A stretch of DNA of 64,000 nt from Akkermansiaceae bacterium (GTDB lineage: Bacteria > Verrucomicrobiota > Verrucomicrobiia > Verrucomicrobiales > Akkermansiaceae): positions 398 to 64,397 of the forward strand of contig JAYVNM010000166.1 in the NCBI GenBank assembly GCA_043758445.1, read 5' to 3'. This document shows, in pieces, positions 52,997 to 63,670 of the stretch. The position numbers were made by a program, and so were the translations under genes. The stretch's first letter is position 1; each line of letters begins with the position of its first letter. The notes under the pieces were generated by a model. The model made no database searches. It was given only the letters and a program-made list of their open reading frames with translations, and was not told the DNA's origin.

Positions 52997-53680
52997 TTAT
53001 TCAGCGGCGGGGGCTTCGGTTTCAGCGGGGGCTTCGGCGACTGGTGCCGCTTCGGCCACGGCTTCAGCGGCTGGTGCCTCTTCGGCAACGGCTTCAGCGG
53101 CAACGGCTTCAGCGGCGGGGGCTTCGGTTTCGGCGGTAACTTCAGCGACCGGGGCTTCTTCGGCAACAGCTTCTGCGACTGAGGATTCTTCGGATGAGCT
53201 TCCGCCGTCGGGGTTGAATTTGGTTTGCACGATGCGAGCGATGCGGGATGCAGGCTCAAGGATCGTAGCCAAGAGTTGCGATAGCACGGCTTCGCGCGAT
53301 GGGATGTCGGCGATGGCCTTGAGCTTTTCGGCATCGAGCACCGCATTGCCAAGGATGCCCACCTTCATTTCGGGCTTCTTGAATTCCTTTTCGAAATTCT
53401 TGATGACCTTTGCGGCGGAGAAGACTTCGGCTTCTCCCATGACGTAGGCCATTTGACCGGTGAGGTCGGCACCGATGTCCGGCATTCCGGCTTCGGCTAG
53501 GGCTTTGCGCATGTAGCTGTTCTTGGCGACGGTGCAGTTAGCACCACCCGCGCCGAGACGGTTACGGAGCTCTGTGAATTGCTGCACCGTGAGGCCGGTA
53601 TAGTCGATGACGATCAGATAGGGCGACGCGTTGACGCGATCCAACAGGCCGTTGATGATGATTTTCTTATCGGGATTCAT
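52997..53680 (-). CDS. rplJ: Ribosomal protein L10 with a C-terminal Ala/Glu/Pro/Val-rich repeat extension of about 69 aa
   Basis: The N-terminus KKIIINGLLDRVNASPYLIVIDYTGLTVQQFTELRNRL is L10. The tail is AEAVAEEAPVAEVTAETEAPAAEAVAAEAVAEEAPAAEAVAEAAPVAEAPAETEAPAAE. Confidence 0.93.
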   Translation of the reverse strand: MNPDKKIIINGLLDRVNASPYLIVIDYTGLTVQQFTELRNRLGAGGANCTVAKNSYMRKALAEAGMPDIGADLTGQMAYVMGEAEVFSAAKVIKNFEKEFKKPEMKVGILGNAVLDAEKLKAIADIPSREAVLSQLLATILEPASRIARIVQTKFNPDGGSSSEESSVAEAVAEEAPVAEVTAETEAPAAEAVAAEAVAEEAPAAEAVAEAAPVAEAPAETEAPAAE

Positions 53681-53700
53681 ATGCGTTGGCGGACCGTGGC

Positions 53701-54408
53701 TTAGGCGGAGGCTTTGGTGTAGGTGGCGGCTTCCAGAGGAATGCCGGGAAGCATCGAGGCGGCGAGCGTCACCGCTTGAATGTAGTTGCCTTTGGCGGAA
53801 GCCGGCTTGGCGCGAACCACGCTGTCCACGAAGGCACGGGCGTTTTCTTCCAATTGGGCAGGATCGAAGGAGGACTTGCCGATCGAACCCGAGACGTTGC
53901 CGTTTTTATCGAGTTTGAAATCCACGCGTCCGGCCTTCACTTCGCGAACCGCCTTCGCGGTGTCGTCGGTGACGGTGCCGGTCTTTGGGTTCGGCATCAG
54001 GCCGCGGGGGCCGAGAATCCGAGCGATTTTCCGAACTTCGGTCATCGCGTCCGGCGTAGCGATCGCGGAATCGAAATCCGTGAAACCTTCTTGGACGCGC
54101 TTGATAAGATCTTCATAACCGACGTGTTCAGCTCCGGCGGCGATGGCAGCCTCAGCAGCCGCGCCAGAGGCGAAGACGACGACGCGGACATTTCTGCCGG
54201 TGCCGTGTGGCAACGAGACAGAACCACGGACCATTTGGTCGCTTTTCCGTGGGTCCACGCCGAGGTGGAAGGAAAGCGTGACGGTGGGGGTGAATTTCGG
54301 CGCCGGGAATTCCTTCACGGTGCTGATTGCATCGGTGAGCGAGTAGCTCTTGCCAGCTTGGACAAGGGCGACGGCTTTTTTGTAGCGTTTGCTGCGGTGT
54401 TTTGCCAT
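53701..54408 (-). CDS. rplA: Ribosomal protein L1
   Basis: MAKHRSKRYKKAVALV...VRGSVSLPHGTG. The start is set at the ATG at 54408, and the longer track ORF is an upstream read-through. Confidence 0.95.
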   Translation of the reverse strand: MAKHRSKRYKKAVALVQAGKSYSLTDAISTVKEFPAPKFTPTVTLSFHLGVDPRKSDQMVRGSVSLPHGTGRNVRVVVFASGAAAEAAIAAGAEHVGYEDLIKRVQEGFTDFDSAIATPDAMTEVRKIARILGPRGLMPNPKTGTVTDDTAKAVREVKAGRVDFKLDKNGNVSGSIGKSSFDPAQLEENARAFVDSVVRAKPASAKGNYIQAVTLAASMLPGIPLEAATYTKASA

Positions 54409-54502
54409 TTTCGTATCGGTTTGCAGTTCGGGCGGAAATCGCGGGATGCGCTTCCCTCCTGCGGGTGCCGGGAACTCTTGATGAGCGTCCGGCGGTAAAA
54501 AT

Positions 54503-54931
54503 TTACATGCCTTCGATTTCAAGTCCCATCTGACGGGCGGTGCCGGCGAGGATGCGGCAGGCGGCTTCCGGGTCCTTGGTGTTGAGGTCGGGCATCTTGA
54601 TTTTGACGACCTCCATGAGCTGGGCCTTGGTGATCTTGCCAACCTTGATCTTGTTTGCTTCCTTCGAGCCGGAAGCGAGTCCCGCAATCTTCTTGAGCAG
54701 ATTTCCTGCGGGGGGCTTCTTGGTGATGAAGGAAAATGACTTGTCCTTGTAAACCGAAATCACGACCGGGAGCACATCTCCCACTTGGGACTGTGTGTTC
54801 GCGTTGAATTCCTTACAGAACGCCATGATGTTGACACCTGCCTGACCGAGGGCTGGGCCGACGGGAGGTGATGGATTGGCGGCTCCGGCTTTGATCTGGA
54901 GCTTGATGATTTTGACGACTTCCTTGGCCAT
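54503..54931 (-). CDS. rplK: Ribosomal protein L11
   Basis: [36 protein letters not shown]. Confidence 0.97.
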   Translation of the reverse strand: MAKEVVKIIKLQIKAGAANPSPPVGPALGQAGVNIMAFCKEFNANTQSQVGDVLPVVISVYKDKSFSFITKKPPAGNLLKKIAGLASGSKEANKIKVGKITKAQLMEVVKIKMPDLNTKDPEAACRILAGTARQMGLEIEGM

Positions 54932-55014
54932 AAAATTGTGCGGTTATTCTTGCGGGAGAGGGGTGGTTGTATATTCGGGACTGCGCGTCGAGACAATTAT
55001 GATCTTATTGCTCT

Positions 55015-55584
55015 TTATGCTCTTTCGACCTGCCAATACTCGAGTTCGACCGGCGTGCTGCGTCCGAAGATCGTAACGGAGACGCGCAGCTTGCCGCGTT
55101 CTGGGTCGATTTCTTCAACCACACCGTTCTGACTCTGGAACGGACCATCGGCCACCTTCACGGTATCGCCGACTTCGAAACTGATGGCAGGACGCACGCT
55201 TTCTTGGCGTTCCTTGATTTGCGAAAGCATCGCCTCGACTTCGCGTGGCCGCATCGGCGCGGGGCGGTCTTTCGTCCCTGCGAAGCCGATCACGCCTTCC
55301 ATTTCTTTGATGAAAAACCAGGTCTTCTCGACGAGTTGGTTGTCCTCGGTGGCGAGGTTCATGTTGACAATGATGTAGCCGGGAAAGAACTTCTTCTTCG
55401 TTTCCGTCTTCTTGCCACGGCGGATCTCGGAGACCATTTCGGTCGGCACGAGCACCTCGCGGATGTATTCGGTCATGCCCTCCGCCTCGGCGGTGCGGGC
55501 GATCCGGTCACGGACCTTGCCCTCCTGGCCGGAAAGGACTTGGACAACGTACCATTGGTCGCGGAATGTGCTGGTTTCTGACAT
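55015..55584 (-). CDS. nusG: Transcription termination/antitermination factor NusG
   Basis: WYVVQVLSGQEGKV... with a C-terminal KOW, VKVADGPFQSQNGVVEEID. Conserved secE-nusG-rplK order. Confidence 0.95.
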   Translation of the reverse strand: MSETSTFRDQWYVVQVLSGQEGKVRDRIARTAEAEGMTEYIREVLVPTEMVSEIRRGKKTETKKKFFPGYIIVNMNLATEDNQLVEKTWFFIKEMEGVIGFAGTKDRPAPMRPREVEAMLSQIKERQESVRPAISFEVGDTVKVADGPFQSQNGVVEEIDPERGKLRVSVTIFGRSTPVELEYWQVERA

Positions 55585-55627
55585 GACGGTTCGGTCGGAG
55601 ATGGATTAAAACAAAGTGGGCAGCGGA

Positions 55628-55879
55628 TTAACTGTTGCCACGGGTGAATAGGTAATCCGCCAAATCGTTGAGGAAACCGACGATTTGGACGTGGAAGAAA
55701 TCCCAGAATTGGACGAAGCCCGCGAGCAGGATCACAGCGATGAGGACGACGACCGTCGAGTCCACCAGTTCTTTGTATTTCTTCAGACCCTTGATTTTCG
55801 GGTCTGATTCCCACGGCCAGCTTGCTTTGCGGAGCTCGCCTTTTACCTCGCCTAGGAAATTTGAAATTTTGGAAAACAT
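55628..55879 (-). CDS. secE: Preprotein translocase subunit SecE
   Basis: 83 aa. FLGEVKGELRKASWP followed by one TM segment. Conserved position between tRNA-Trp and nusG. Confidence 0.85.
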   Translation of the reverse strand: MFSKISNFLGEVKGELRKASWPWESDPKIKGLKKYKELVDSTVVVLIAVILLAGFVQFWDFFHVQIVGFLNDLADYLFTRGNS

Positions 55880-55912
55880 GATGTCGTTTGACGGTGATAC
55901 TGGAATGGAAAG

Positions 55913-55988
55913 TGGCACGGCAGGAGGGACTTGAACCCCCAACACTCGGTTTTGGAGACCGATGCTCTACCAATTGAACTACTGCCGT
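55913..55988 (-). tRNA. tRNA-Trp (anticodon CCA), 3' CCA encoded
   Basis: The minus strand ACGGCAGTAGTTCAATTGGTAGAGCATCGGTCTCCAAAACCGAGTGTTGGGGGTTCAAGTCCCTCCTGCCGTGCCA folds as a cloverleaf (acceptor ACGGCAG/CTGCCGT, anticodon loop CTCCAAA). Confidence 0.93.
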
Positions 55989-56085
55989 TTTGAGGCGAAT
56001 CGAGGGCAGCCCGTTTTGACCGGGATGCCCCTGATTCTAGCTTTGGCTTCCCGCTTGTAGGCGGAAATCAAAGCCCTTAATTTTT

Positions 56086-57270
<1,185 letters not shown>

Positions 57271-57330
57271 GGTGGTTTGTTGTTCTGCTTGAGACGGTTG
57301 AGACGATATTGAGATTTTTCGAGGTACCCT

Positions 57331-57405
<75 letters not shown>

Positions 57406-57670
57406 ATCTTGAATGTTTAGCTCTTCCTTCGATCCGACAAAAACACCGCGACCGATCTACGTTAGCGAGACTGGACGCGGCACCCCTGAGTGGTTGTGGG
57501 GAAGAGCGGCGGGACAGTAGCAAAGTCGATCACCCTGTCAAAAAAAATCTCCACGAAAAGAACATTTATCCAAATCCCTTGAAAATGTGGACCTTAGATA
57601 CGTGGTGAGAGCTTGCCTAACAACCAATCCCGTATTCGCTCTTTGGCAACAGCCCCTGAGTTTCTGATCC

Positions 57671-57844
57671 ATGGAAATACCACTCCTCGCAAAATTCGAC
57701 ACTTTTGATGGGATTGTTTCCGCCTTCACCCACCTGATTTTAGCCGCCACCGCCCTGCGCGGTCAAAGCGTGACCCGCCCGCCGGAGGCAAGCAGCCCGA
57801 TCATTTTAGTCGGCGATTCCACCGTTGCATCCGTGGGTGACTGA
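57671..57844 (+). pseudogene. 57-codon ORF resembling only the N-terminal GDS block of an SGNH/GDSL hydrolase (probable remnant)
   Basis: Translation ends ...SSPIILVGDSTVASVGD*. IILVGDSTVA resembles block I of rhamnogalacturonan-acetylesterase-type SGNH enzymes. The rest of the domain is missing, and rnpB begins about 65 nt downstream. Confidence 0.25.
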
Positions 57845-57908
57845 CAGACGAGGATCATTTGAAATGTGTTTTTGATTGGACAACGATCCGGACTCCCCCA
57901 CCCTGTGC

Positions 57909-58303
57909 GGGCCGCTCCCCGGACGGTCGCAGTTTCGCGCAAGCGGAGGTGAGGAAAGTCCGGACACCACAGGGCAACGCGCCTCATGAAAGTGAGGGAT
58001 GGGAACCGCGAGGAACCTAGACGGAAAGTGCAGCAGAAAGATACCGCCGATGGCTCGACGCAAGGAGGGCACAGGCAAGGGTGAAATGGTGGAGTAAGAG
58101 CCCACCGCGAATCCGGGTAACCGGACGGCACGGCAAACCCCGCGTGGTGCAAGACAGAACAGGGGATGAGCTGCCCGCTCATTGATCTCCGGGTATTAGT
58201 CGCACTCTGCGCAAGCAGGGCACTCCGCCTCGGCGGGGTGAGAGAAATGGCCGTCCAGCCTCGCAAGAGGGGGACAGAATCCGGCTTACAGGGGAGCGGC
58301 ACT
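57909..58303 (+). ncRNA. rnpB: RNase P RNA, bacterial type A
   Basis: P4 halves GAGGAAAGTCCGGAC and ACAGAATCCGGCTTA, GGGTGAAATGGTGGAGTAAGAGCCCACC, AGATACCGCCGATGGC, and P1 pairing GCCGCTCCCC (57911-57920) with GGGGAGCGGC (58291-58300). Ends are good to about 5 nt. Confidence 0.9.
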
Positions 58304-58317
58304 CCCCCCATTTTTTT
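58291..58317 (+). terminator. Hairpin plus T7 tract at the 3' end of rnpB
   Basis: GGGGAG-CGGCA-CTCCCC followed by CCA and TTTTTTT (58311-58317). Confidence 0.4.
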
Positions 58318-58581
58318 GAACATCAATCAGCGAAAGCTTAACGCTGAATATCGAAGTGAGGTTCGCCTTAGGAACGTCGGTTTCCCACCTTTTGACAACT
58401 TAATTTGCAAAATTTAATAATTAACTTTCCTTAATTATTAAAAATTTCGCTCCGCCACAAAGTTGTAACTCACTGTATTTCAATGGAATTCTAAAATCCG
58501 TAAATTTACAGAATTTTAAAAATGATCAAGGTTTGCCAACCTTCCATTCGTAGGCTTGAATTTCGACGTTCCCCCCAACTC

Positions 58582-59523
58582 ATGAAAACGCCCGTGCCCC
58601 CCCACATGGCTCTCCTCGTTCTCAGCATGATCGCTCCGCTTTCTGCTCAGAATATGGTCAGCGCCCTCCGCCCCTCCGAAGTCAGCATCAAAGCGGATGC
58701 CATCGAAGGTAATAGCAATCAAAGCTTTGCCGAAGGTTCCGCCCTTCACGGCAAGTACGAGGTTCCTTCCGTCAAGAAAGCTCAAGGCGATCTCTCGGAT
58801 GGGAAGTCGGTTTACGCCGCGCAAGATTCCGCCACCCTCGAAACGCGGGCTTCCAGCCAGCAAAAAGTGGAATCAGTGGTCGATCTCAACTTGCTATGCA
58901 ACCCATCTCCCTATCGCAAGGTCGCGGTGAGCACCGCTACCAAGCCCTACGAAATTGCCACTGACAGCCTGCAAACCGGGCTCGCGCTGATTTCCGCCGT
59001 TTACCGTGAATCCGGTAAGGCGGAGGCGGGCAAGGATTGCACGAAGGTCGCACTTTCCGTCGAACAACGCATTCGATTGGATGTATCCAGAGTGCTTGAA
59101 GTGGTCGAATCCGAAGTGGGTGCCAATCCAACCTGTGCCTGCGAGATCGTGAAATCCTCGATCAAAGCCAGCGACGCAGACGTCAAGCAAGTGGTGGCCA
59201 TCGTCCAAGCCGCCATCACCGCTTCTCCTGAAAACATGCGGATCGTCTCCCAGTGCGCGATCGCTTCCATGCCGGAGTCCATTACCGAAGTGCAGGCATT
59301 GCTCGCCAAGCTTGACCCAAATAGCGGCGACGCGGGTGCCTACAGTTCGAAGAGCGCGAAGAGTTCCAAAAGCGCGAAGAGCGCCAAGGTGGCCATTTCC
59401 GCTCCGGAAATCCCGAATCCCCTCGACCTGCCACCTGCCTATCCTCCTATCCCGCCAATCATCCCACCGCCGGTCACCACCGTAAATCCAGATCCGCATC
59501 CATGTCACTACTCGATGCGTTGA
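58582..59523 (+). CDS. Hypothetical secreted protein with a SKSAK repeat and a Pro-rich C-terminus
   Basis: Signal peptide MKTPVPPHMALLVLSMIAPLSAQN. SSKSAKSSKSAKSAKV and PPAYPPIPPIIPPPV are low-complexity segments. No family recognised. Confidence 0.55.
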   Translation: MKTPVPPHMALLVLSMIAPLSAQNMVSALRPSEVSIKADAIEGNSNQSFAEGSALHGKYEVPSVKKAQGDLSDGKSVYAAQDSATLETRASSQQKVESVVDLNLLCNPSPYRKVAVSTATKPYEIATDSLQTGLALISAVYRESGKAEAGKDCTKVALSVEQRIRLDVSRVLEVVESEVGANPTCACEIVKSSIKASDADVKQVVAIVQAAITASPENMRIVSQCAIASMPESITEVQALLAKLDPNSGDAGAYSSKSAKSSKSAKSAKVAISAPEIPNPLDLPPAYPPIPPIIPPPVTTVNPDPHPCHYSMR

Positions 59524-59577
59524 TCGGATAAGCCATCCGCTAACAGTGGGACACGGCTCCTAGGGAATCTCCAAGAA

Positions 59578-59609
59578 CCCGGCACACGATTGATGTGCCG
59601 GGTTTTTTA
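59578..59609 (+). terminator. Rho-independent terminator
   Basis: CCCGGCACA-CGATTGA-TGTGCCGGG followed by TTTTTTAT. Confidence 0.65.
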
Positions 59610-59670
59610 TTGGAAAAATGCCACGGTTTTCTGTCGTTAAAAAAAATCGCATTTTCCTGCTATTGGCGGA

Positions 59671-59698
59671 TTGACAACCCGCTTCCGATACCTAGAGT
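59671..59698 (+). promoter_or_regulatory. Sigma-70-type promoter candidate for rpmH-rnpA-yidD-yidC
   Basis: TTGACA (59671-59676), 16-nt spacer, TAGAGT (59693-59698), about 57 nt upstream of the rpmH ATG. Confidence 0.35.
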
Positions 59699-59754
59699 TC
59701 GCGCCCCGAGCCGAGTACCGGACGGATTACGAACCTTTATCTGAGGCCCAAGCC

Positions 59755-59940
59755 ATGAGCAAACGCACCTATCAGCCATCCAAGCGCACCCGTAAAAACC
59801 AATTTGGCTTCAGGGCCCGCATGGCCACCAAATCCGGCCGCGACATCATTCGCCGCCGTCGTCAAAAAGGCCGCAAGCGCTTGGTTCCCAAGGGCGTTGA
59901 AATCCAATACAGCCGCCACACGACGCAGCACGGTGCCTGA
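59755..59940 (+). CDS. rpmH: Ribosomal protein L34 (61 aa, about 15 aa longer than usual at the C-terminus)
   Basis: [43 protein letters not shown] matches the L34 consensus. Confidence 0.9.
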   Translation: MSKRTYQPSKRTRKNQFGFRARMATKSGRDIIRRRRQKGRKRLVPKGVEIQYSRHTTQHGA

Positions 59941-59984
59941 TTCACCGGGCCCGCGCCGCAACGGGAGCCCACAGCATCCCTGCC

Positions 59985-60350
59985 ATGCGACTCCCGCGGA
60001 CATCCAGCATCACCCGCCGCGAAGATTTCGCGCGGGTCAAGAAAACCGGTCAGGCGAAAGCTGGCCGGTTTGTTATTTTAAGCACCCTGCCCGATCCCAC
60101 TTTGCGGACCATCCGCACTGGCTTCATCACCACCAAGCGCAGCGGCAAGGCGCACGACCGGGTCCTCCTCCGCCGCAGATTCCGCTCTCTTGTGCAAGCA
60201 TACGCTCCCGATTTTTTTGAACTCCGCCGCTACTTGGTCACTATTGCCCGCCCTAACGCCGCCCAAGCGACATACGCGGAGCTCGAGGCCGACTGGGTCC
60301 GACAGGCCCGCCGCCTCGGCATTCTTCCACGAATTGGCCAAGCACCGTGA
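59985..60350 (+). CDS. rnpA: RNase P protein component
   Basis: Basic 121-aa protein ([12 protein letters not shown]...[21 protein letters not shown]) in the conserved rpmH-rnpA order. Confidence 0.88.
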   Translation: MRLPRTSSITRREDFARVKKTGQAKAGRFVILSTLPDPTLRTIRTGFITTKRSGKAHDRVLLRRRFRSLVQAYAPDFFELRRYLVTIARPNAAQATYAELEADWVRQARRLGILPRIGQAP

Positions 60351-60652
60351 TCTCGCGCCTCCTCCGTTTCCTGATCCGAGTGCTGATCCGTTTCTATCAA
60401 CGGTTCCTCAGTCCGCTGCTCCATTTAGCCGCCGGACCCGCTGGCGGTTGCCGCTACACGCCCTCATGTTCGAACTATTTTCTGCAAGCGGTAGAACTCC
60501 ACGGCCCCGGTCGTGGGTCGTGGTATGGAATTTGTCGGATTTTCCGCTGTCATCCATGGGGTGGGTCCGGTTATGACCCCGTTCCGTCGCCCCGAACTGC
60601 GGACACCCCTTCTCATTCCTGCTCATCCCATCGCGAATCACCCCGCATCTAA
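60347..60652 (+). CDS. yidD: Membrane protein insertion efficiency factor YidD (GTG start overlapping the rnpA stop)
   Basis: [13 protein letters not shown]...[19 protein letters not shown]...[17 protein letters not shown]. Confidence 0.9.
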   Translation: MISRLLRFLIRVLIRFYQRFLSPLLHLAAGPAGGCRYTPSCSNYFLQAVELHGPGRGSWYGICRIFRCHPWGGSGYDPVPSPRTADTPSHSCSSHRESPRI

Positions 60653-60669
60653 CATCACTCCACGCCTCC

Positions 60670-62502
60670 ATGTACGATCGAAAAACTTGGGTGGTTCTCG
60701 CCCTCTGCGGCGGACTGCTTGCCGCCAATTTCTACTTCAAGCCGAAGCCCCCAGCAGAGCCTCCTGCAGTCATCCAAGAGACGGCAAAACCAACCGATAC
60801 CTCACACGCCGATCTCACCGTCGAGCCACCACCGCCGCCGACCGAGGAGGAGACCGTGACTCTCGAAAGCTCCGAAGTTATTTTCACACTAACTAACATC
60901 GGCGGCGGCGTCAAATTTGCCGATATCAAAAGCCAGTTCAAAGTCGGCAGCAATTCAGATCCGGTCCGGATCAACCTGCACGGCTCTGGCCCCATCGGTG
61001 GTCTCGCCGGGGCTGGCGACAACCTCGAAAACATCGCTTACGCCTACAAATCCGACGAATCGGTGGCGGGCAAAAAAGCCGTCTATATCGCCAAGCTCGC
61101 GTCGGGCCTCATCGCAAAAAAAACCTTCGCCCTCGTGGATTCCGACAAGCCAGGCTCCCCTTACCTGTTGGATTTTGATCTCAAGCTTGAGAACGCCTCC
61201 ACCAAGGCCGTCAACATCAACCAATGGAGCATCTTCCTCGGCGAAGCCTCCCCGCTCTATCAGGCGGAGGTCGGCCAGCAGACAGGCGTTTTCTGGCGGG
61301 AAAATGGTGGCATGAACTTCAGAGATAGCTCGTTCAAGGATTGGTGGTTCCAATCCGCAAAATCCACCATGAAAAACGTGGGCCAACAGCCAGTTGATTT
61401 CGCTGGGGTTTCCAGTCAGTATTTCGCCACCGCGATTCGCCCCAAAGCAGCACTAACCACCAATGTTTGGGCCGCAAAAGATCTGATCAACCTCACTCCA
61501 GAGGCGAAGCCCGTCACCTCCGTCCGTGCCGGCATCCAGCTCCCCACCGCCACCCTTGCGCCCAGCGAACTCCAGACAGTCAGCTACTACATCTTCATCG
61601 GTCCCAAGCACAATCCCCTCCTCCGCAAAATGGAGGACAACTGGGGCGACGGCTGGGGCGATGTCATGCAATATGGCTGGTTCAGCATTGTTTCCCGCAC
61701 CCTCAATTTCATTCTCAACTCCTACCACAGCCTCCTCGATAAGGTCGCTGTGAACTGGTCCTGGGGCCTCGCCGTCATCTTCCTAACCATCACCGTTCGC
61801 GTCTGCATCTGGCCACTCCACGCCAAGTCCACACACACGATGAAGAAGATGAGCAAGCTCCAGCCGAAGATGGCGGAAATCAAAGCCAAATACGCGGATG
61901 ATCCTAACAAGATCAACACCGAAACGATGGGGCTCTACAAGAAATACGGCATCAATCCACTCGGCGGCTGCCTGCCGATGTTCATCCAGATCCCGGTCTT
62001 TTTCGGCTTCTATCGGATGCTGCAATACGCGGTCGAGCTGCGCGGCCACAGTTTCCTTTGGATTCATGACCTTTCCCAGCCAGACACCCTCACCCACCTC
62101 TCATTCCTCAACAATCTTCCGCTCAACATCCTGCCAATCATCATGGCGATCACGAGCTTTTTACAAATCCGCATGACCCCGAAAACCGGCGATGCGACCC
62201 AGCAGAAAATCATCATGTTCATGCCGTTCATGTTCTTTTTCTTCTGTTATAACTTCGCCTCCGCCCTCGCCCTCTACTGGACCACCCAGAACATCTTCTC
62301 CATCGGCCAGACCTGGCTCATGAATAAGATCCCCGAACCGGAACTCAAGGCACGCACCGGCAGCGATAAAAAATCCTGGGCCCAGCGCATGGTCGCCCGC
62401 CAAGCGGAAATGGACCAGCAGCGCAAGCAAGGTGCCACCAACGGTATGCGCGACGCCACACCCGATAAGAAAAAGCCGCGCCCCCCGCGCACCGGCGGCT
62501 GA
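60670..62502 (+). CDS. yidC: Membrane protein insertase YidC
   Basis: 610 aa. N-terminal TM, large periplasmic domain and a conserved core: KLQPKMAEIKAKY...GINPLGGCLPMFIQIPVFFGFY...ALALYWTTQNIFSIGQ. Confidence 0.95.
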   Translation: MYDRKTWVVLALCGGLLAANFYFKPKPPAEPPAVIQETAKPTDTSHADLTVEPPPPPTEEETVTLESSEVIFTLTNIGGGVKFADIKSQFKVGSNSDPVRINLHGSGPIGGLAGAGDNLENIAYAYKSDESVAGKKAVYIAKLASGLIAKKTFALVDSDKPGSPYLLDFDLKLENASTKAVNINQWSIFLGEASPLYQAEVGQQTGVFWRENGGMNFRDSSFKDWWFQSAKSTMKNVGQQPVDFAGVSSQYFATAIRPKAALTTNVWAAKDLINLTPEAKPVTSVRAGIQLPTATLAPSELQTVSYYIFIGPKHNPLLRKMEDNWGDGWGDVMQYGWFSIVSRTLNFILNSYHSLLDKVAVNWSWGLAVIFLTITVRVCIWPLHAKSTHTMKKMSKLQPKMAEIKAKYADDPNKINTETMGLYKKYGINPLGGCLPMFIQIPVFFGFYRMLQYAVELRGHSFLWIHDLSQPDTLTHLSFLNNLPLNILPIIMAITSFLQIRMTPKTGDATQQKIIMFMPFMFFFFCYNFASALALYWTTQNIFSIGQTWLMNKIPEPELKARTGSDKKSWAQRMVARQAEMDQQRKQGATNGMRDATPDKKKPRPPRTGG

Positions 62503-62570
62503 TCCGCAAAGTGGCTGGAGCATGCCTGCTCCCGACCATGATCGTAGCGTCTCCGCTCCGATTCTTCTTC

Positions 62571-63650
62571 TCACCCCACGCTCTCAAACACTCCGCCGCC
62601 TAACAAGCTGCCGCCCTCGTAAAACGCGCAGATCTGCCCCGCCGCGAGCGCCCGTTGCGGGCGTTGAAATTCCAGCCGGACCCTGCCATCGCCTATCGGC
62701 TCTAACACCGCCGGCTCCGCCTTCGCGCGATAGCGTGGTTGGGCCTCGATCCGCCGCTTCGTGTCGAACGATTCATGCAGCGCAGACAGCGTGCCGACCG
62801 TGCATTCCCGCGCATAAAGCCCGGCCGATTCCAGCGCATCCCAGCCGACGATCAAGCGGTTTCTCGCCGCATCCTTGCCCACCACCACGTAGGCCATGCC
62901 CTCGCGTGGCGAGGCAACACCGTGACCTTTCCGCTGGCCCAGCGTGTAAAGATGCAGCCCATGGTGAGTGCCTAACACTTTGCCTGAAAAATCGACGACC
63001 TCCCCCGGCGAGTCCGCCACATAATGCCGCAGGAAATCGCTCATTTTCACCTGCCCGAGAAAGCAAATCCCTTGGCTGTCCTTCTTTTCCGCCACCGGCA
63101 GATTGAACCGACGGGCCACCTCGCGGACTTCCGGCTTGAGCATTTCCCCGGTCGGAAATAACGCGTGCGCCGCCTGCCGCTGGGTCATCAGGGATAAAAA
63201 ATAACTCTGATCCTTATTCGGATCCGCCCCGCGCAGGATGGCTGCCGTGCCGTCCGTTAGAGTCCGCCGCCGCGCGTAGTGACCCGTCGCCACCTGCTCG
63301 AAGCCCTGTGCCAGCGCATAATCCAGAAACACCCCAAATTTCATCTCCCGGTTGCACCACACATCCGGATTCGGCGTGATCCCCGAGCGATAGCCTGCCA
63401 CCAGATAGTCAACGATCCGGTCCTTGTAAGAATCGATCAAGTCGATCACCCGAAACTCGATGCCCAGCGTTTTCGCCACCGCCCGCGCATCCTCGATGTC
63501 CTGCTCCCACGGACAATCCCCCGGAATTCCCTCGTCGTTGATCCAGTTCTTCATGTAGCCCGCCGCCACCTCATGCCCCTGCTCCACCAGTAGTGCCGCC
63601 GCCACCGCGCTATCCACGCCGCCTGATAGACCCACCAACACCTTCGCCAT
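62571..63650 (-). CDS. mnmA: tRNA 2-thiouridine(34) synthase MnmA
   Basis: PP-loop KVLVGLSGGVDSAVAAALL. 359 aa from the ATG at 63650. Confidence 0.92.
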   Translation of the reverse strand: MAKVLVGLSGGVDSAVAAALLVEQGHEVAAGYMKNWINDEGIPGDCPWEQDIEDARAVAKTLGIEFRVIDLIDSYKDRIVDYLVAGYRSGITPNPDVWCNREMKFGVFLDYALAQGFEQVATGHYARRRTLTDGTAAILRGADPNKDQSYFLSLMTQRQAAHALFPTGEMLKPEVREVARRFNLPVAEKKDSQGICFLGQVKMSDFLRHYVADSPGEVVDFSGKVLGTHHGLHLYTLGQRKGHGVASPREGMAYVVVGKDAARNRLIVGWDALESAGLYARECTVGTLSALHESFDTKRRIEAQPRYRAKAEPAVLEPIGDGRVRLEFQRPQRALAAGQICAFYEGGSLLGGGVFESVG

Positions 63651-63670
63651 GCGGGAAAGGTGAACCTTGA

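Noticed and set aside
57763-58417. ORFs of 187, 99 and 83 aa covering 57763-58417
   Set aside because: The region is the RNase P RNA gene, with conserved P4 and other elements present. The ORFs are chance frames in structured GC-rich RNA.
58330-59750. Replication origin near rpmH-rnpA-yidC (the usual dnaA/oriC neighbourhood)
   Set aside because: There is no dnaA or dnaN in the window. I saw no cluster of TTATCCACA-type boxes in the AT-rich stretch. Isolated near-matches (for example TTATCCAAA near 57567 and TTATCCACC near 19167) are scattered.
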